Positions 49,985 to 59,854 of a stretch of DNA of 64,000 nucleotides are shown piece after piece. The notes below the pieces were generated by a model. It did no database searches. It was not told where the DNA came from and saw only the letters and a program-made list of their open reading frames with translations. The stretch comes from Candidatus Hermodarchaeota archaeon (GTDB lineage Archaea; Asgardarchaeota; Lokiarchaeia; Sigyniarchaeales; SOKP01): contig JBHLLG010000010.1 in assembly GCA_048885925.1 (NCBI GenBank), positions 11,234-75,233 of the forward strand, written 5' to 3'. Positions within the stretch are counted from its first letter, which is position 1. Every line of letters starts with the position of its first letter. Position numbers and translations under genes: made by a program.

Positions 49985-51010
49985 TTAAATATGTAAATAA
50001 AATTCAGGTGGATTTAATTCTTTAAATTCATCAGTGTTTAGTATCAGGTGTCTTCTAATATCAAAGCAAGCATGACATTTTGAAATATAACCTTCCTTTT
50101 TATGATTATATTCGAATTTATCAACTGCAAATTCATAGAGATCCTCAAAAGTTCCTATAATTAAAGATTTTAAAATAGGATAATCATCGAGATTAATCCC
50201 TTCAGTACAAAGTAAGTTTAAATCTCTAATATTGCCCCAAGAAAGTCCACCACAATATCCCGGTATATAATTTCCATAATTATCAAAATGACAATGCCAA
50301 TTTCGCACTAATTCTGCGGTGCAATTCTCATTAAAAAAGTAATGTATTGGATATTTTTTATATAAATTTTGGAGTGTATAAGCAGCTCGTCCTATTTTAA
50401 GTAACTCAACTCTTCTTTTTAGATCATCTATACTAATTAATTGGAGATAATTCTCAAGAGGAACTTTTTGTTTAATATTTAATTCTCTAAATTGAGCATA
50501 ATAATATAATTGATATATCATAAAATTTTCTTGAAAGACCTCCATACTCCATTTTATTGCACGTTCAGTATATTCAAAAGGTACAAATTCTAGAATGAAA
50601 GGATTTACACTAATTAAAATTCCGTTAAGTCCTTTTTTTTTCAATTCAAATAGTCTTTCTTTTGTTATACCATCATTTTTGCACCAATAACAATTCGTTT
50701 CTACAAACATCGATGGAATATTTAGACTTTTACCAATCTCTATTGCTTTTAATAAAAGCTCATAATTGAGAAATGGTTCTCCCCCAGTAAAATGAATCCC
50801 ATAATTGAGACTTATATTATCAGAACCATATGGAGATTCTTGTATTGTATTTGATAATTGAATTAAAGTTTCTATCAAATCTTGTTCGTTAATCCAATTA
50901 TCATTCCATTTAGGAGAACCAAAGTACATGCAATGTTTACATTTGCAACTACACTTATAAGAAAGGATTAATCCTCCAGATTTAGGTTTAGGGATAAAAA
51001 AATTTTTCAT
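49985..51010 (-). CDS. Radical SAM protein
   Basis: CSCKCKHC (CxxxCxxC), FTGGEPF, ETN and C-terminal Cys motifs. Confidence 0.88.
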   Translation of the reverse strand: MKNFFIPKPKSGGLILSYKCSCKCKHCMYFGSPKWNDNWINEQDLIETLIQLSNTIQESPYGSDNISLNYGIHFTGGEPFLNYELLLKAIEIGKSLNIPSMFVETNCYWCKNDGITKERLFELKKKGLNGILISVNPFILEFVPFEYTERAIKWSMEVFQENFMIYQLYYYAQFRELNIKQKVPLENYLQLISIDDLKRRVELLKIGRAAYTLQNLYKKYPIHYFFNENCTAELVRNWHCHFDNYGNYIPGYCGGLSWGNIRDLNLLCTEGINLDDYPILKSLIIGTFEDLYEFAVDKFEYNHKKEGYISKCHACFDIRRHLILNTDEFKELNPPEFYLHI

Positions 51011-51128
51011 TTTACCAAGAGTTACTCTTGATTTGTATAATTTATTTATATTATGATTTCAATATTCAATTTAAAATTTAAAAAAATTTATAAATTACAT
51101 TTTAAAAGATATAAGGAGGTATTCATTT

Positions 51129-51323
51129 ATGCCAAATATCACAATAGATGGACCTAAAATCGAAAATCTGGAAGCAAAACGTAATTTAATTAAAGAAATT
51201 ACTATTGCTGTTGAAAAAGCTTATAACATTCCAAAAGAACACATTATAGTTGTTATTAAAGAAAATTTACCGGAAAATGTTGGTATTGGGGGAATTTTAA
51301 TTTCTGATAGAAGAAGAACTTGA
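51129..51323 (+). CDS. 4-oxalocrotonate tautomerase family (DmpI-like)
   Basis: N-terminal catalytic Pro (MP), 'ENLPENVGIGG' and SD GGAGGT at 51115-51120. Confidence 0.9.
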   Translation: MPNITIDGPKIENLEAKRNLIKEITIAVEKAYNIPKEHIIVVIKENLPENVGIGGILISDRRRT

Positions 51324-51410
51324 TTTTAAAATATGATTATTAAATTAAACCCCTTCTAAACTTTCAAAAATGATTAATAAAAAAAGAAAAAATGTAAGAT
51401 TAAAATAAAT

Positions 51411-51992
51411 TTAAAGTTTGGATCCACAATTAGGGCAGAAACTTCCAGCTGATTCTAGTTTATGACCACAATAAACACAGAAGTTTTTACCCTCTGATAG
51501 TAAAGGTTCATCAATTTTTTTAGGTGGTGGAACATAGTCAGTTGCGGGAGTATATGTTATAGTTTGGCCTAAAATAATTTGTCCTGAATCAGGATCAAAA
51601 CTATACTTTATCATTCCTCTATTTCTTAGATCTGCTAACACACGTAGTAAAACACTTGGCTTCATCCCAATCTCCAATGCGATATGTTCAAGTTTATATG
51701 TTCCCTGAAAATTTCGTTGAGCAAGGGCATTTTTAACGACTTGTTTATACTTATAATTCCTATATAGTTGCTCAAATCCCCCAATGAAAATGAAAAAAGC
51801 AGGTATAAAAAGCCAAAACCCCCAGCTACCAAGTCCGATAAACGGAATATCGAAAGCTAGAAAAAACAAGGATAATATGGCAACAAAAAGAAAGACTATA
51901 GCAACGGCAAATGTTCCAATAGCCGCCTCATAAGATTCTTTATAGTAATATCTCATTTTATATTTATCTTTAACTTCGCTCATTTCTATCAT
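51411..51992 (-). CDS. Membrane protein with a winged-helix/PCI-like domain and a C-terminal zinc ribbon
   Basis: 2 TMs, 'LEHIALEIGMKPSVLLRVLADLRNRGMIKYSFD' and CVYC..CPNC. Confidence 0.7.
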   Translation of the reverse strand: MIEMSEVKDKYKMRYYYKESYEAAIGTFAVAIVFLFVAILSLFFLAFDIPFIGLGSWGFWLFIPAFFIFIGGFEQLYRNYKYKQVVKNALAQRNFQGTYKLEHIALEIGMKPSVLLRVLADLRNRGMIKYSFDPDSGQIILGQTITYTPATDYVPPPKKIDEPLLSEGKNFCVYCGHKLESAGSFCPNCGSKL

Positions 51993-52119
51993 TTCAATTT
52001 TTGAATAATAGCTTTTATTATAAAAATCAAAAAGAAACTATGTTAATAATTCTTGAATAGTCCAATTTTTATAAAGTTGATTATAATAAAAAATCCACGT
52101 TATAAATCATCTAAAAAAA

Positions 52120-52208
52120 AAGAGAGAGTAGTTTTGAGAAGAGTTTTTTCGAAGGGAAATGAGATTAGCGAATGATTTAATTAGAAAATCTTCTCAATGC
52201 TCTCTTTC
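52120..52208. other. Long imperfect inverted repeat (stem-loop); candidate ncRNA or terminator
   Basis: Arms AGAGAGAGTA/TGCTCTCTTT and TTGAGAAGA/TCTTCTCAA enclose a ~35-40 nt loop. Confidence 0.6.
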
Positions 52209-52280
52209 AAAGGAGAAAATTATTCTAAAAAACATTCATGTTTCTGAATTTTTATATTTAAACTTATGATATTTTTTCAT

Positions 52281-52796
52281 TCAGTAGCGAATTTGATCTA
52301 AAATATCATCAAAATAAAAAACATTTTTTTGACCAGCTTCATCTATTAAAGCTCGTGAAATTGATTTCTTGAAACTCCAGATTTCTATTTCTTTTTGTAA
52401 TTCTTTTAATTTTATAACAACATCGAGAAAATCTGAATCTCCACTTACTAAGATTGCTTTGTCATATGAATCTTCCTCAGCTAATTCTACGATATCTTTA
52501 TAAATAAAAATATCAATACCTTTCTGTTTTTTTTTCCCAGTTGGGGAAATACTTACTGGTTTTGGTTGAATTATAAAACCTTTAGCTTTAAGATATTTCA
52601 AAAAATTGATTTTTTTTGGTAAAATTTTATCAGGGATTCCCATATACATAAAAATTCCGATTAAATGATGATTTTGAGTTAAAATTTCTTTTAATTTTAT
52701 GTAATTAATTCTGATATTCAAAATTTCGAGATTATGGAATATATTAGCATGATCGATGAAAATGATAACTCTTTTCTTTTCGAGAATTTGTCGCAC
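52281..52796 (-). CDS. NYN-domain (LabA/DUF88, PIN-like) ribonuclease
   Basis: 'FIDHAN', 'QKGID' and 'LVSGDSDF'. Confidence 0.9.
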   Translation of the reverse strand: MRQILEKKRVIIFIDHANIFHNLEILNIRINYIKLKEILTQNHHLIGIFMYMGIPDKILPKKINFLKYLKAKGFIIQPKPVSISPTGKKKQKGIDIFIYKDIVELAEEDSYDKAILVSGDSDFLDVVIKLKELQKEIEIWSFKKSISRALIDEAGQKNVFYFDDILDQIRY

Positions 52797-52966
52797 TTTT
52801 AGAATCCCTTTTTTGTATTATATATTTTAATAATCTGAAATTAATGAGACAATAACATTTCTAATATTTAGTATAAAAAGGGATAGAATTTGTAATGATT
52901 CAGACACAAATATTTAAGAAATTATTGATGATCCATATGGGAGTAAATATTGTACAGATTACAAAT

Positions 52967-53716
52967 TTAATTGGAACCAGTTAATTCTTTTAACCAACTA
53001 GAATTGTTAGAGAATTTCTGATAATTTTTTTTATTTCCAAAATCTCCTCTAAATTGATTTTTTTCCATTTTAATAACTGAAATTCTCCAATTTCTTTTAT
53101 TCATCCCAAGCTTCATGGCATCTATCAATTCAATTTCGCCTCGTATAGAAGGTTTTACAATCTTTAGAATATCAAAAATTTCTTTTGAAAAAATGAAAAT
53201 TCCGCAATTATTTAAGCTAGATTTAGATGTACCTTTTGGTGGCTTTTCTACAATATCAACTAAATAATCATTTTTACAATAAATAGCTCCACCCTTATAT
53301 GGATCTTCTGCGTAATTAGCAACTAATATAAAATCCTGTTTCTCTTCTTTAAATAAATTAATTACTTCTTTATATGTTTTATATGGCACTAAAATATCTC
53401 CCCAAACTAAATAAAAATGAGATTCTTGGATCAAATTTTCACATAATAAAACTGCGCCACCTGTACCATTAAGATTTTTTTGTTCTACATATTCAATTTT
53501 TATCCCCCATTTTTTTCCATCCTCAAAATATTTAATAACCTGTTCTTTTCGATACCCTACCACTATAATTATGCTTTTAATCCCAGCATAGATTAATCCA
53601 TTGATAAGATATTCTAATAAAGGTTTACCATGAAGAGGGATCATTGCTTTTTGAAATGAATTTGTATATGGTCTTAAACGCTTTCCTAAACCCGCACATA
53701 ATATGATAGCCTTCAA
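52967..53716 (-). CDS. Sugar-phosphate nucleotidyltransferase
   Basis: 'ILCAGLGKRLRP', 'GTGGA', 'VEKP' and 'RGEIEL'. Confidence 0.9.
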   Translation of the reverse strand: MKAIILCAGLGKRLRPYTNSFQKAMIPLHGKPLLEYLINGLIYAGIKSIIIVVGYRKEQVIKYFEDGKKWGIKIEYVEQKNLNGTGGAVLLCENLIQESHFYLVWGDILVPYKTYKEVINLFKEEKQDFILVANYAEDPYKGGAIYCKNDYLVDIVEKPPKGTSKSSLNNCGIFIFSKEIFDILKIVKPSIRGEIELIDAMKLGMNKRNWRISVIKMEKNQFRGDFGNKKNYQKFSNNSSWLKELTGSN

Positions 53717-54819
53717 TAGATCTCTACACCATTACTTGTATTAATAATAAATGCTTCTCCTCCGGTTTGTTTGATCGCTTCAACAAGTAAATCTTCACTA
53801 CCTGGAAATATCGCAAACATAGTACCACCAAAGCCAGAACCATTAATTTTTCCTCCAAAAGCACCTACTTCTAAGCAACTTGATATCATTTTCTCGATTT
53901 TATTTGTTGATATTTCAATATTCTCTTTTAATTGATAATGATGCTTATTCAATAAATCTCCTAAATTTAGATAGAAATTGTTTTTTAAATTCTTATTTTT
54001 ATTTATTTTATTATAGAATCTATTAAAAATTAAATTTTTTGCTTGAATAGTAATATCACGATTAATTATATTACCTAAAATCTTTTTTTGGTATTCTTTT
54101 TTAATATTGGGTAAAGATTTCTTTATTTCATCCAAAGAACTTGAGTATTGGTCAAAATTTGGCATAGCTTCTTTAATTTCTATGAAGGCTGCTTTTGCAA
54201 TATCCTTAACTCTATATAAATCTTCAACAGTTTCTTTTTTTTCTAAAGAGTCTCCCAATACAAAACCTTCAAGTTTTATATTTTTATTTATAACTTTTGG
54301 TCTAGATCTTCTTGGTTGTAAATATATTAAATTGCCATATGCAGAAGTAAAATGATCCATCATTCCTCCAGCTTCTTTAAATTCTTTTACTTCTGTATCA
54401 TATCCCATTAACGATAATTGGGATTTATTTATTTTTTTATGATTTATGCAAATTAAGTTTAGAAAGAATAACCAAGCTGTAATTAATGCTGAAGAACTTG
54501 CGGCTCCAGCATTAATTGGGATGTCTCCAGTAATTTTTACTTTATACCCCTTTTGAAATCTAAATCCTTTTCTTAAGTATTGATTATAAGCACTCCTAAG
54601 ATAATCTCTTTTTGATTGATACTCCAATTCTTTATTATTTAGTTTTATTTCAATATGTCTATTTAGATCCGATAATTCTATTGAAAGATATGAACCAGAT
54701 ACCCTTTTAGCCTCTAAAAATATATATTTCGAAATTGCCATTGCGATAATGGGATAATCTAAATAATCTTGATGTTCTCCAAATAGAGTAATTCGGCCAG
54801 GAGCTCGTATACGAATCAT
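53713..54819 (-). CDS. GHMP sugar kinase (galactokinase-like)
   Basis: 'APGRITLFGEHQDY', 'PINAGAASSSA', 'GGMMD' and 'GSGFGG'; overlaps the downstream nucleotidyltransferase by 4 nt. Confidence 0.88.
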   Translation of the reverse strand: MIRIRAPGRITLFGEHQDYLDYPIIAMAISKYIFLEAKRVSGSYLSIELSDLNRHIEIKLNNKELEYQSKRDYLRSAYNQYLRKGFRFQKGYKVKITGDIPINAGAASSSALITAWLFFLNLICINHKKINKSQLSLMGYDTEVKEFKEAGGMMDHFTSAYGNLIYLQPRRSRPKVINKNIKLEGFVLGDSLEKKETVEDLYRVKDIAKAAFIEIKEAMPNFDQYSSSLDEIKKSLPNIKKEYQKKILGNIINRDITIQAKNLIFNRFYNKINKNKNLKNNFYLNLGDLLNKHHYQLKENIEISTNKIEKMISSCLEVGAFGGKINGSGFGGTMFAIFPGSEDLLVEAIKQTGGEAFIINTSNGVEIY

Positions 54820-54954
54820 AATAAAATAGATATTTATATTACACTGATATCACAGATGTATTATAATTCTTTTTTTTTCCCGTTACGTAGATACTTTTGA
54901 ATTATTAAATAACTTTTCACCATGTTTAAAAACATTTGATATTAATTCCTGAGA

Positions 54955-55704
54955 TTGATGATTTGCGACGTTATAATTATTAAAGATGGATTGCCATTAT
55001 TTTCTATGAATTCTTCTAATTCAAACATTAAGGATCTCCTATCTCAAGAAGATAATCTCATTATGATATCTGGTTTTTTTTCCGCATTGAATTCTTTTTC
55101 TGATTCATTTGAGGATTTAGGTACCATCTCTGAGTTGAAATTGTCAAATAATAACTTGAAGTTATCATTTTTAAAGGACTCAGATATTCCAGATTTAATT
55201 TACCTTGCTACATATAATAACAATTCGGAATTAAAAAGTGTCCAAGATTTTTTAAAAAATATTTCCAATGTATTTTCAAAAGAATTTACTGTTAATCAAA
55301 TTACCAATTGGAATGGTAAATTGGATTATTTCAAGTCCTTCGAAAAAAAAATCAATCAATTTTTTGAAGAAGAAAAAAAAAAAAGCGAAACTCAAGATAG
55401 TAATAAAATATTTGAATTTTTCAATAGTTTTGTTCAGGAAGATTCGGAAACTTCTCAATCTAAAGTCCAAAAGGATAGTAATGAAAGAAATCCAGAATAT
55501 TGTGAATATGTACCGTATTTTACAACTTCAAAAAAAATTAATCCTAAATATTATTTAACAGGAGATTGCTCGTGCAAAATTTATGAACAAATAAATGGAA
55601 GAAATTCCATTAATCAAATTGCTAATAATTTAAACTTGGAACATCATCAAGTATATAATGTCTGTAAGAATCTTATCAAAATGGGATTTATAAAACTAGA
55701 CTAA
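54955..55704 (+). CDS. Longin-like domain protein with a C-terminal winged helix
   Basis: 'IIIKDGLPLFS' and 'MISGFFSALNSFS' longin pattern; 'INGRNSINQIANNL...NLIKMGFI' wHTH. Confidence 0.7.
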   Translation: MMICDVIIIKDGLPLFSMNSSNSNIKDLLSQEDNLIMISGFFSALNSFSDSFEDLGTISELKLSNNNLKLSFLKDSDIPDLIYLATYNNNSELKSVQDFLKNISNVFSKEFTVNQITNWNGKLDYFKSFEKKINQFFEEEKKKSETQDSNKIFEFFNSFVQEDSETSQSKVQKDSNERNPEYCEYVPYFTTSKKINPKYYLTGDCSCKIYEQINGRNSINQIANNLNLEHHQVYNVCKNLIKMGFIKLD

Positions 55705-55870
55705 TTCTATCAATTAGAAATGATAAAGAATTTTTTTACCACAAAATGGATTTTATATGTTTTGTTACACCATCAATAACAATTTTTTCTTTCAAAGAAT
55801 ATTAAAGGTAAGATATTATTAATACACTAGAGTAAAAAATCTCATTAATTGACATTTTGGTGTAAAAAAA

Positions 55871-57994
55871 ATTTCTTCATCCTCTCACAAATTTTCAAAT
55901 AATATAGATAATTTAATTGAAGAGTTAAAAAATGCTACAGGAATGAAATTTGAACATTATCAACGAAGTTTCCTTGAGAAACGAATTAGTTTCAGGATGA
56001 AGCACTTAGAACTAGATTATTATGATGATTATATAAATTATATTCGCAAAAATCCAGAGGAAATTAATTTATTCCTCGATAAATTTACAATAAACTATAC
56101 GTATTTTTTTAGAAATTATAATGTTTTTGAGAATTTTGAGAAATTTATTAATGTCTATATCGATTCAAATCAAAAAACACTTCGCATTTGGTCAGCCCCA
56201 TGTGCTACCGGAGATGAACCTTATACTATTGCAATGGTGTTAGATCAGCTGAAAAGGAAAAATAAAAATTTTCCTGATTTTAAGATTATTGCTTCTGATA
56301 TCGATTCAGCAGTACTTAAAATTGCCAAGCAAGCAGTTTATGGGGAATATTCTTTACATGAAACTCCAGAAATTTATAAAAAAAATTATTTTTCTATGGA
56401 ATACACCGAATTTGGACCAAAATTTATATTAAGTAAGGATATTTCAGAGAAAGTTGAGTTTATTCAAGAAGATATAATTAAAGGGCATCAAAGGAATCAA
56501 AAATATGATGTAATTTTTTGTCGAAATTTTTTAATATATATAAATCAGTTTGCTAGAGAAAAGTTGTTAAGAATTTTAGAATCCCATCTAATTGATGGAG
56601 GTTTATTAATATTAGGTGGTTCAGAGTCATTAACACGAAATAATAATAGTTTTGAAACAATAAGTATAAGAGAGCGCTTCTATGTTAAAAACTTATTTAC
56701 TCAAAATAGTTCTTATAAGAATCGGCTCATCAATCTATTTAAAAATAATGGAACTTCAAACCTTGAAAGAAATAGAGCATTAAGTAAAACAGAAGATTTA
56801 ACTAATAAAAATGAAATTAAAAACTTTAAAGTAAAACCAAAAATTAAAGAAAAAAGATTGGAAGTCCCAAATCCTCCTGCAGTGTTCGAACAAAATTTAG
56901 AAAAACCACTGTCTCAGCTAGATCAAAATATTCAAGAATTGAATGAAAGAGAAATGATGGAAGCAGAACTTAGAATCATTGGGATTGAAGTTAATAATGG
57001 TTTTAATAAAGATTCATATGAAAATATAAAAAACCAAAAGATAGACCCCATGAAAAAACCTGTTGATAAAATTAAGAAGTTCTCAAATGATAATCGTGCG
57101 AATGAATTAAAACAAAAAGAGAATATATTGGAACAACGAGAGAAAAAAATAGAACAAGTAATTGCATATCTAGATAAAAAACATAAAAGAATTAAGAGAC
57201 AAAGTAAGGAAATAAAGCAAGTTTTTAAAAGTCTCAAACAGAAAGAACTAGAAGTAAAGAATCGTGTTCAAATTTTGGAACGTCTTACTAAGCAAGTAGA
57301 ACGAAGAAAAAAAATATTAGAACAAAAAGAAAAGCAATTTGAATCTCGATTAAGACAGATTGGAGATTATACAAGACAGGTAGCCCAGCAAGAAGTCCAA
57401 ATGAATGGAATTTCTAAAGAAATTACAAAAAGTAAAGAAGAAGATAATCTCTATGAATTAAAAAGAATAGATCGCATAGAAAAAAAAAATAATAAAAGCG
57501 AATTGATTATCCCTATGGGATATTATGGTTTAATCAATTCTTTTGATAAAAATGATACTGCCACCAAATTTGTAATAGAAGGAATAGGATCTGGTATCGC
57601 GTTAATTCTGAAAGATCCCATACATAACATCTTTACGATGTCCAATATTTCTTTACCATCATCCTCAGCTTCAAAACAAGGTTATCATTTACTATTTCCC
57701 CATACCTTTGTGGACACATCAGTTAAAGATCTTTATAATACTTTAATATACCATGGAGCCAATAAAGACAATATCAGTGCCCTTATAGTTGGTGGAGCAA
57801 AATTATTCTTAGATTATGATATAACATATCAAGAAAATATCGATGCTATAAAAAATGAATTAGAAATAATCCAGATACCAATTGAAGCTGAAGATATAGG
57901 AGGTTTAAGCGAGAGAGCTGTGATTTATGATACAATAAATGATATACTTTATGTTAAAAAATCTTGGGAATTTGAATATCGAAAAATCAGTTAG
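55871..57994 (+). CDS. CheR methyltransferase - coiled coil - CheD-like fusion protein (candidate ATT start at 55871; first ATG at 55943)
   Basis: CheR: 'IWSAPCATGDEPYTIA' and 'DVIFCRNFLIY'. CheD: 'GIGSG', 'IVGGAKLF' and 'AEDIGGLSER'. Central coiled coil. Confidence 0.85.
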   Translation: MSSSSHKFSNNIDNLIEELKNATGMKFEHYQRSFLEKRISFRMKHLELDYYDDYINYIRKNPEEINLFLDKFTINYTYFFRNYNVFENFEKFINVYIDSNQKTLRIWSAPCATGDEPYTIAMVLDQLKRKNKNFPDFKIIASDIDSAVLKIAKQAVYGEYSLHETPEIYKKNYFSMEYTEFGPKFILSKDISEKVEFIQEDIIKGHQRNQKYDVIFCRNFLIYINQFAREKLLRILESHLIDGGLLILGGSESLTRNNNSFETISIRERFYVKNLFTQNSSYKNRLINLFKNNGTSNLERNRALSKTEDLTNKNEIKNFKVKPKIKEKRLEVPNPPAVFEQNLEKPLSQLDQNIQELNEREMMEAELRIIGIEVNNGFNKDSYENIKNQKIDPMKKPVDKIKKFSNDNRANELKQKENILEQREKKIEQVIAYLDKKHKRIKRQSKEIKQVFKSLKQKELEVKNRVQILERLTKQVERRKKILEQKEKQFESRLRQIGDYTRQVAQQEVQMNGISKEITKSKEEDNLYELKRIDRIEKKNNKSELIIPMGYYGLINSFDKNDTATKFVIEGIGSGIALILKDPIHNIFTMSNISLPSSSASKQGYHLLFPHTFVDTSVKDLYNTLIYHGANKDNISALIVGGAKLFLDYDITYQENIDAIKNELEIIQIPIEAEDIGGLSERAVIYDTINDILYVKKSWEFEYRKIS

Positions 57995-58059
57995 AATATA
58001 GAAAAATCTCTAAAAATAATATTTTAATACCTTAAGTAAAGAAAGAAGAATAATTTATG

Positions 58060-58365
58060 TTAATGCTGCTTTCTTTTCTGTTGGAGTTTTTTTCTTTTAC
58101 GCTCTGCTTCTTCAATCTCACTTTCCAACTCATAAATTTGAGAATCAACTTTACCATGTAATTTAAATTGTCCAAAAATTTTACTTTCTTCTCGTTCTCC
58201 GGTTTTTGTAATTTTTTCAAAAGATAAATCTATTGGTAAATCTTGCTTTAAAGCTAGGTTAATAAAATTAATAAAACCAATATGTTTCCTTGGAGCAATA
58301 GCGAATTTTACACACAATTCTTTATTTTTCTTGGTTTTCGTTTTTAAAATAAGACGTAGTTTCAA
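58060..58365 (-). CDS. Hypothetical basic protein with a C-terminal coiled coil
   Basis: TTG start after GAGTGA; plausible composition. Confidence 0.6.
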   Translation of the reverse strand: MKLRLILKTKTKKNKELCVKFAIAPRKHIGFINFINLALKQDLPIDLSFEKITKTGEREESKIFGQFKLHGKVDSQIYELESEIEEAERKRKKLQQKRKQH

Positions 58366-58488
58366 TAGTTTTCACTCTCTTTATTGTTTATCTCATTAAT
58401 TTATATATTTAAAATATTCAAAATAAAAAAACTATGTTATTTTATAATGTCAAATATATTTTAATTTAACCTTCTAACATTATTAATT

Positions 58489-59124
58489 ATGGGTTCAAAA
58501 TTTAGGCTCAGATTTATTTTTAAACCAATAATAAATCTGATGGCAAAAGTTTTAATTAGGATGGGAGTTACACCTGATTTAACAACTTTTATTATGCTCT
58601 GTTTTTCAATCTTGAGTTTTATCTTTTTAGTATTTATTCGAAGCTTGTTATATTTCTCCATTTTTGTTTTTTTATGTGGGATTTTTGATGGAGTAGATGG
58701 TGCTATAGCTCGATTAACAGAAAAATCAACAAAATATGGTGGATTTTTAGATTCATTTATGGATAGAATTTCAGAATTCTTCATATTTTTAGGATTATTA
58801 ATTTTTTACCATAATCGCTTCTTGTGGAATTTTATTGATATTAAATGGATAATATTCATATCCTGGTTAGCTTCACTCATGATAAGTTATAGTAGGGCTA
58901 GAGCTGAAGTATTTTTCAAGGAAAATTTCTTCTTGGATGGTGATATAGGACTAATGGGTCGATCTGAAAGATTATTTTATATTTTTGTAACAACTTTATG
59001 CACATTAGTTATAGGATTTGCTTTAGAATTTTTATTCATTTATATGTGCCTTGTAATATGTACTTTTATTTTTAGATTAACCAAAATCTATTACCAAATA
59101 AAACAGAGGGATATGAACAAATAG
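58489..59124 (+). CDS. CDP-alcohol phosphatidyltransferase (archaetidylinositol phosphate synthase/PgsA-like)
   Basis: 'DGVDGAIAR..STKYGGFLDSFMDR', 'SYSRARAE' and 'RSER'. Confidence 0.92.
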   Translation: MGSKFRLRFIFKPIINLMAKVLIRMGVTPDLTTFIMLCFSILSFIFLVFIRSLLYFSIFVFLCGIFDGVDGAIARLTEKSTKYGGFLDSFMDRISEFFIFLGLLIFYHNRFLWNFIDIKWIIFISWLASLMISYSRARAEVFFKENFFLDGDIGLMGRSERLFYIFVTTLCTLVIGFALEFLFIYMCLVICTFIFRLTKIYYQIKQRDMNK

Positions 59125-59128
59125 TAAA

Positions 59129-59854
59129 TTAATTTTTTATAAATTCTATTCTAATTCTATCCCCATCCTTCAAATTTAATTCATCCCTTAAGTAAGGTGC
59201 TGCTATAATCTCAACTATGTTTTTCTTATGGTGTGTCCTCACGATTTTTAATATAGCACCTCTTACTTTTTTACTTTGATCATCCAAACGAGATACATTG
59301 CATTCGTAACATTCTACTGATCCGTATGTTCGTTTTCCATATTCATCATTTTGCTTCTCAAATCCAACAATTCTAATTGGAATCCGACTCTTTAAGTTTT
59401 CTTCTAATAATTCTTTATTGAGATCACTTAATTGTATATTCAATGTTCCATAATACGGACTAAAACCTAATTTTTGTTTAAATTGCTCATAATATTCCTT
59501 AATTCTAATATAATAACCACCTTCCCCTATTCCTTTCGTTATTTCACCAACTATTAAAATTTCTTCTAGAATTTTTTTCAAACCTTTATACATTGCAAGC
59601 ATTACATCTGCTCCTTTTTTAGTGATTCGTATAATCTGCTCTTTTCCAACAATCTTCCTTTGAATCCAACCCAATTCTTCTAACTGACTTATCCTTCTGG
59701 ATGCCGTTTGTTGAGATAAATTGAGTATCTTTCCAAACTCAATACTGCTTATATGAATAGCTTTTTTACTACCAATATTTTGACAGAGATGATATAGAGC
59801 AAACCAATTTGCATAATTATCCGGAGAAATTTCTTCTTTATTATCCATGATCAA
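59129..59854 (-). CDS. ribK: CTP-dependent riboflavin kinase with an N-terminal HTH
   Basis: 'LSQQTASRR' HTH; 'GIGEGGYY', 'PYYGTLN' and 'EIIAAPYLR'. Confidence 0.92.
   Translation of the reverse strand: MIMDNKEEISPDNYANWFALYHLCQNIGSKKAIHISSIEFGKILNLSQQTASRRISQLEELGWIQRKIVGKEQIIRITKKGADVMLAMYKGLKKILEEILIVGEITKGIGEGGYYIRIKEYYEQFKQKLGFSPYYGTLNIQLSDLNKELLEENLKSRIPIRIVGFEKQNDEYGKRTYGSVECYECNVSRLDDQSKKVRGAILKIVRTHHKKNIVEIIAAPYLRDELNLKDGDRIRIEFIKN

Noticed and set aside
52120-52208. Hairpin as a SECIS element
   Set aside because: No flanking gene shows a plausible in-frame UGA readthrough, and the orientation does not fit.
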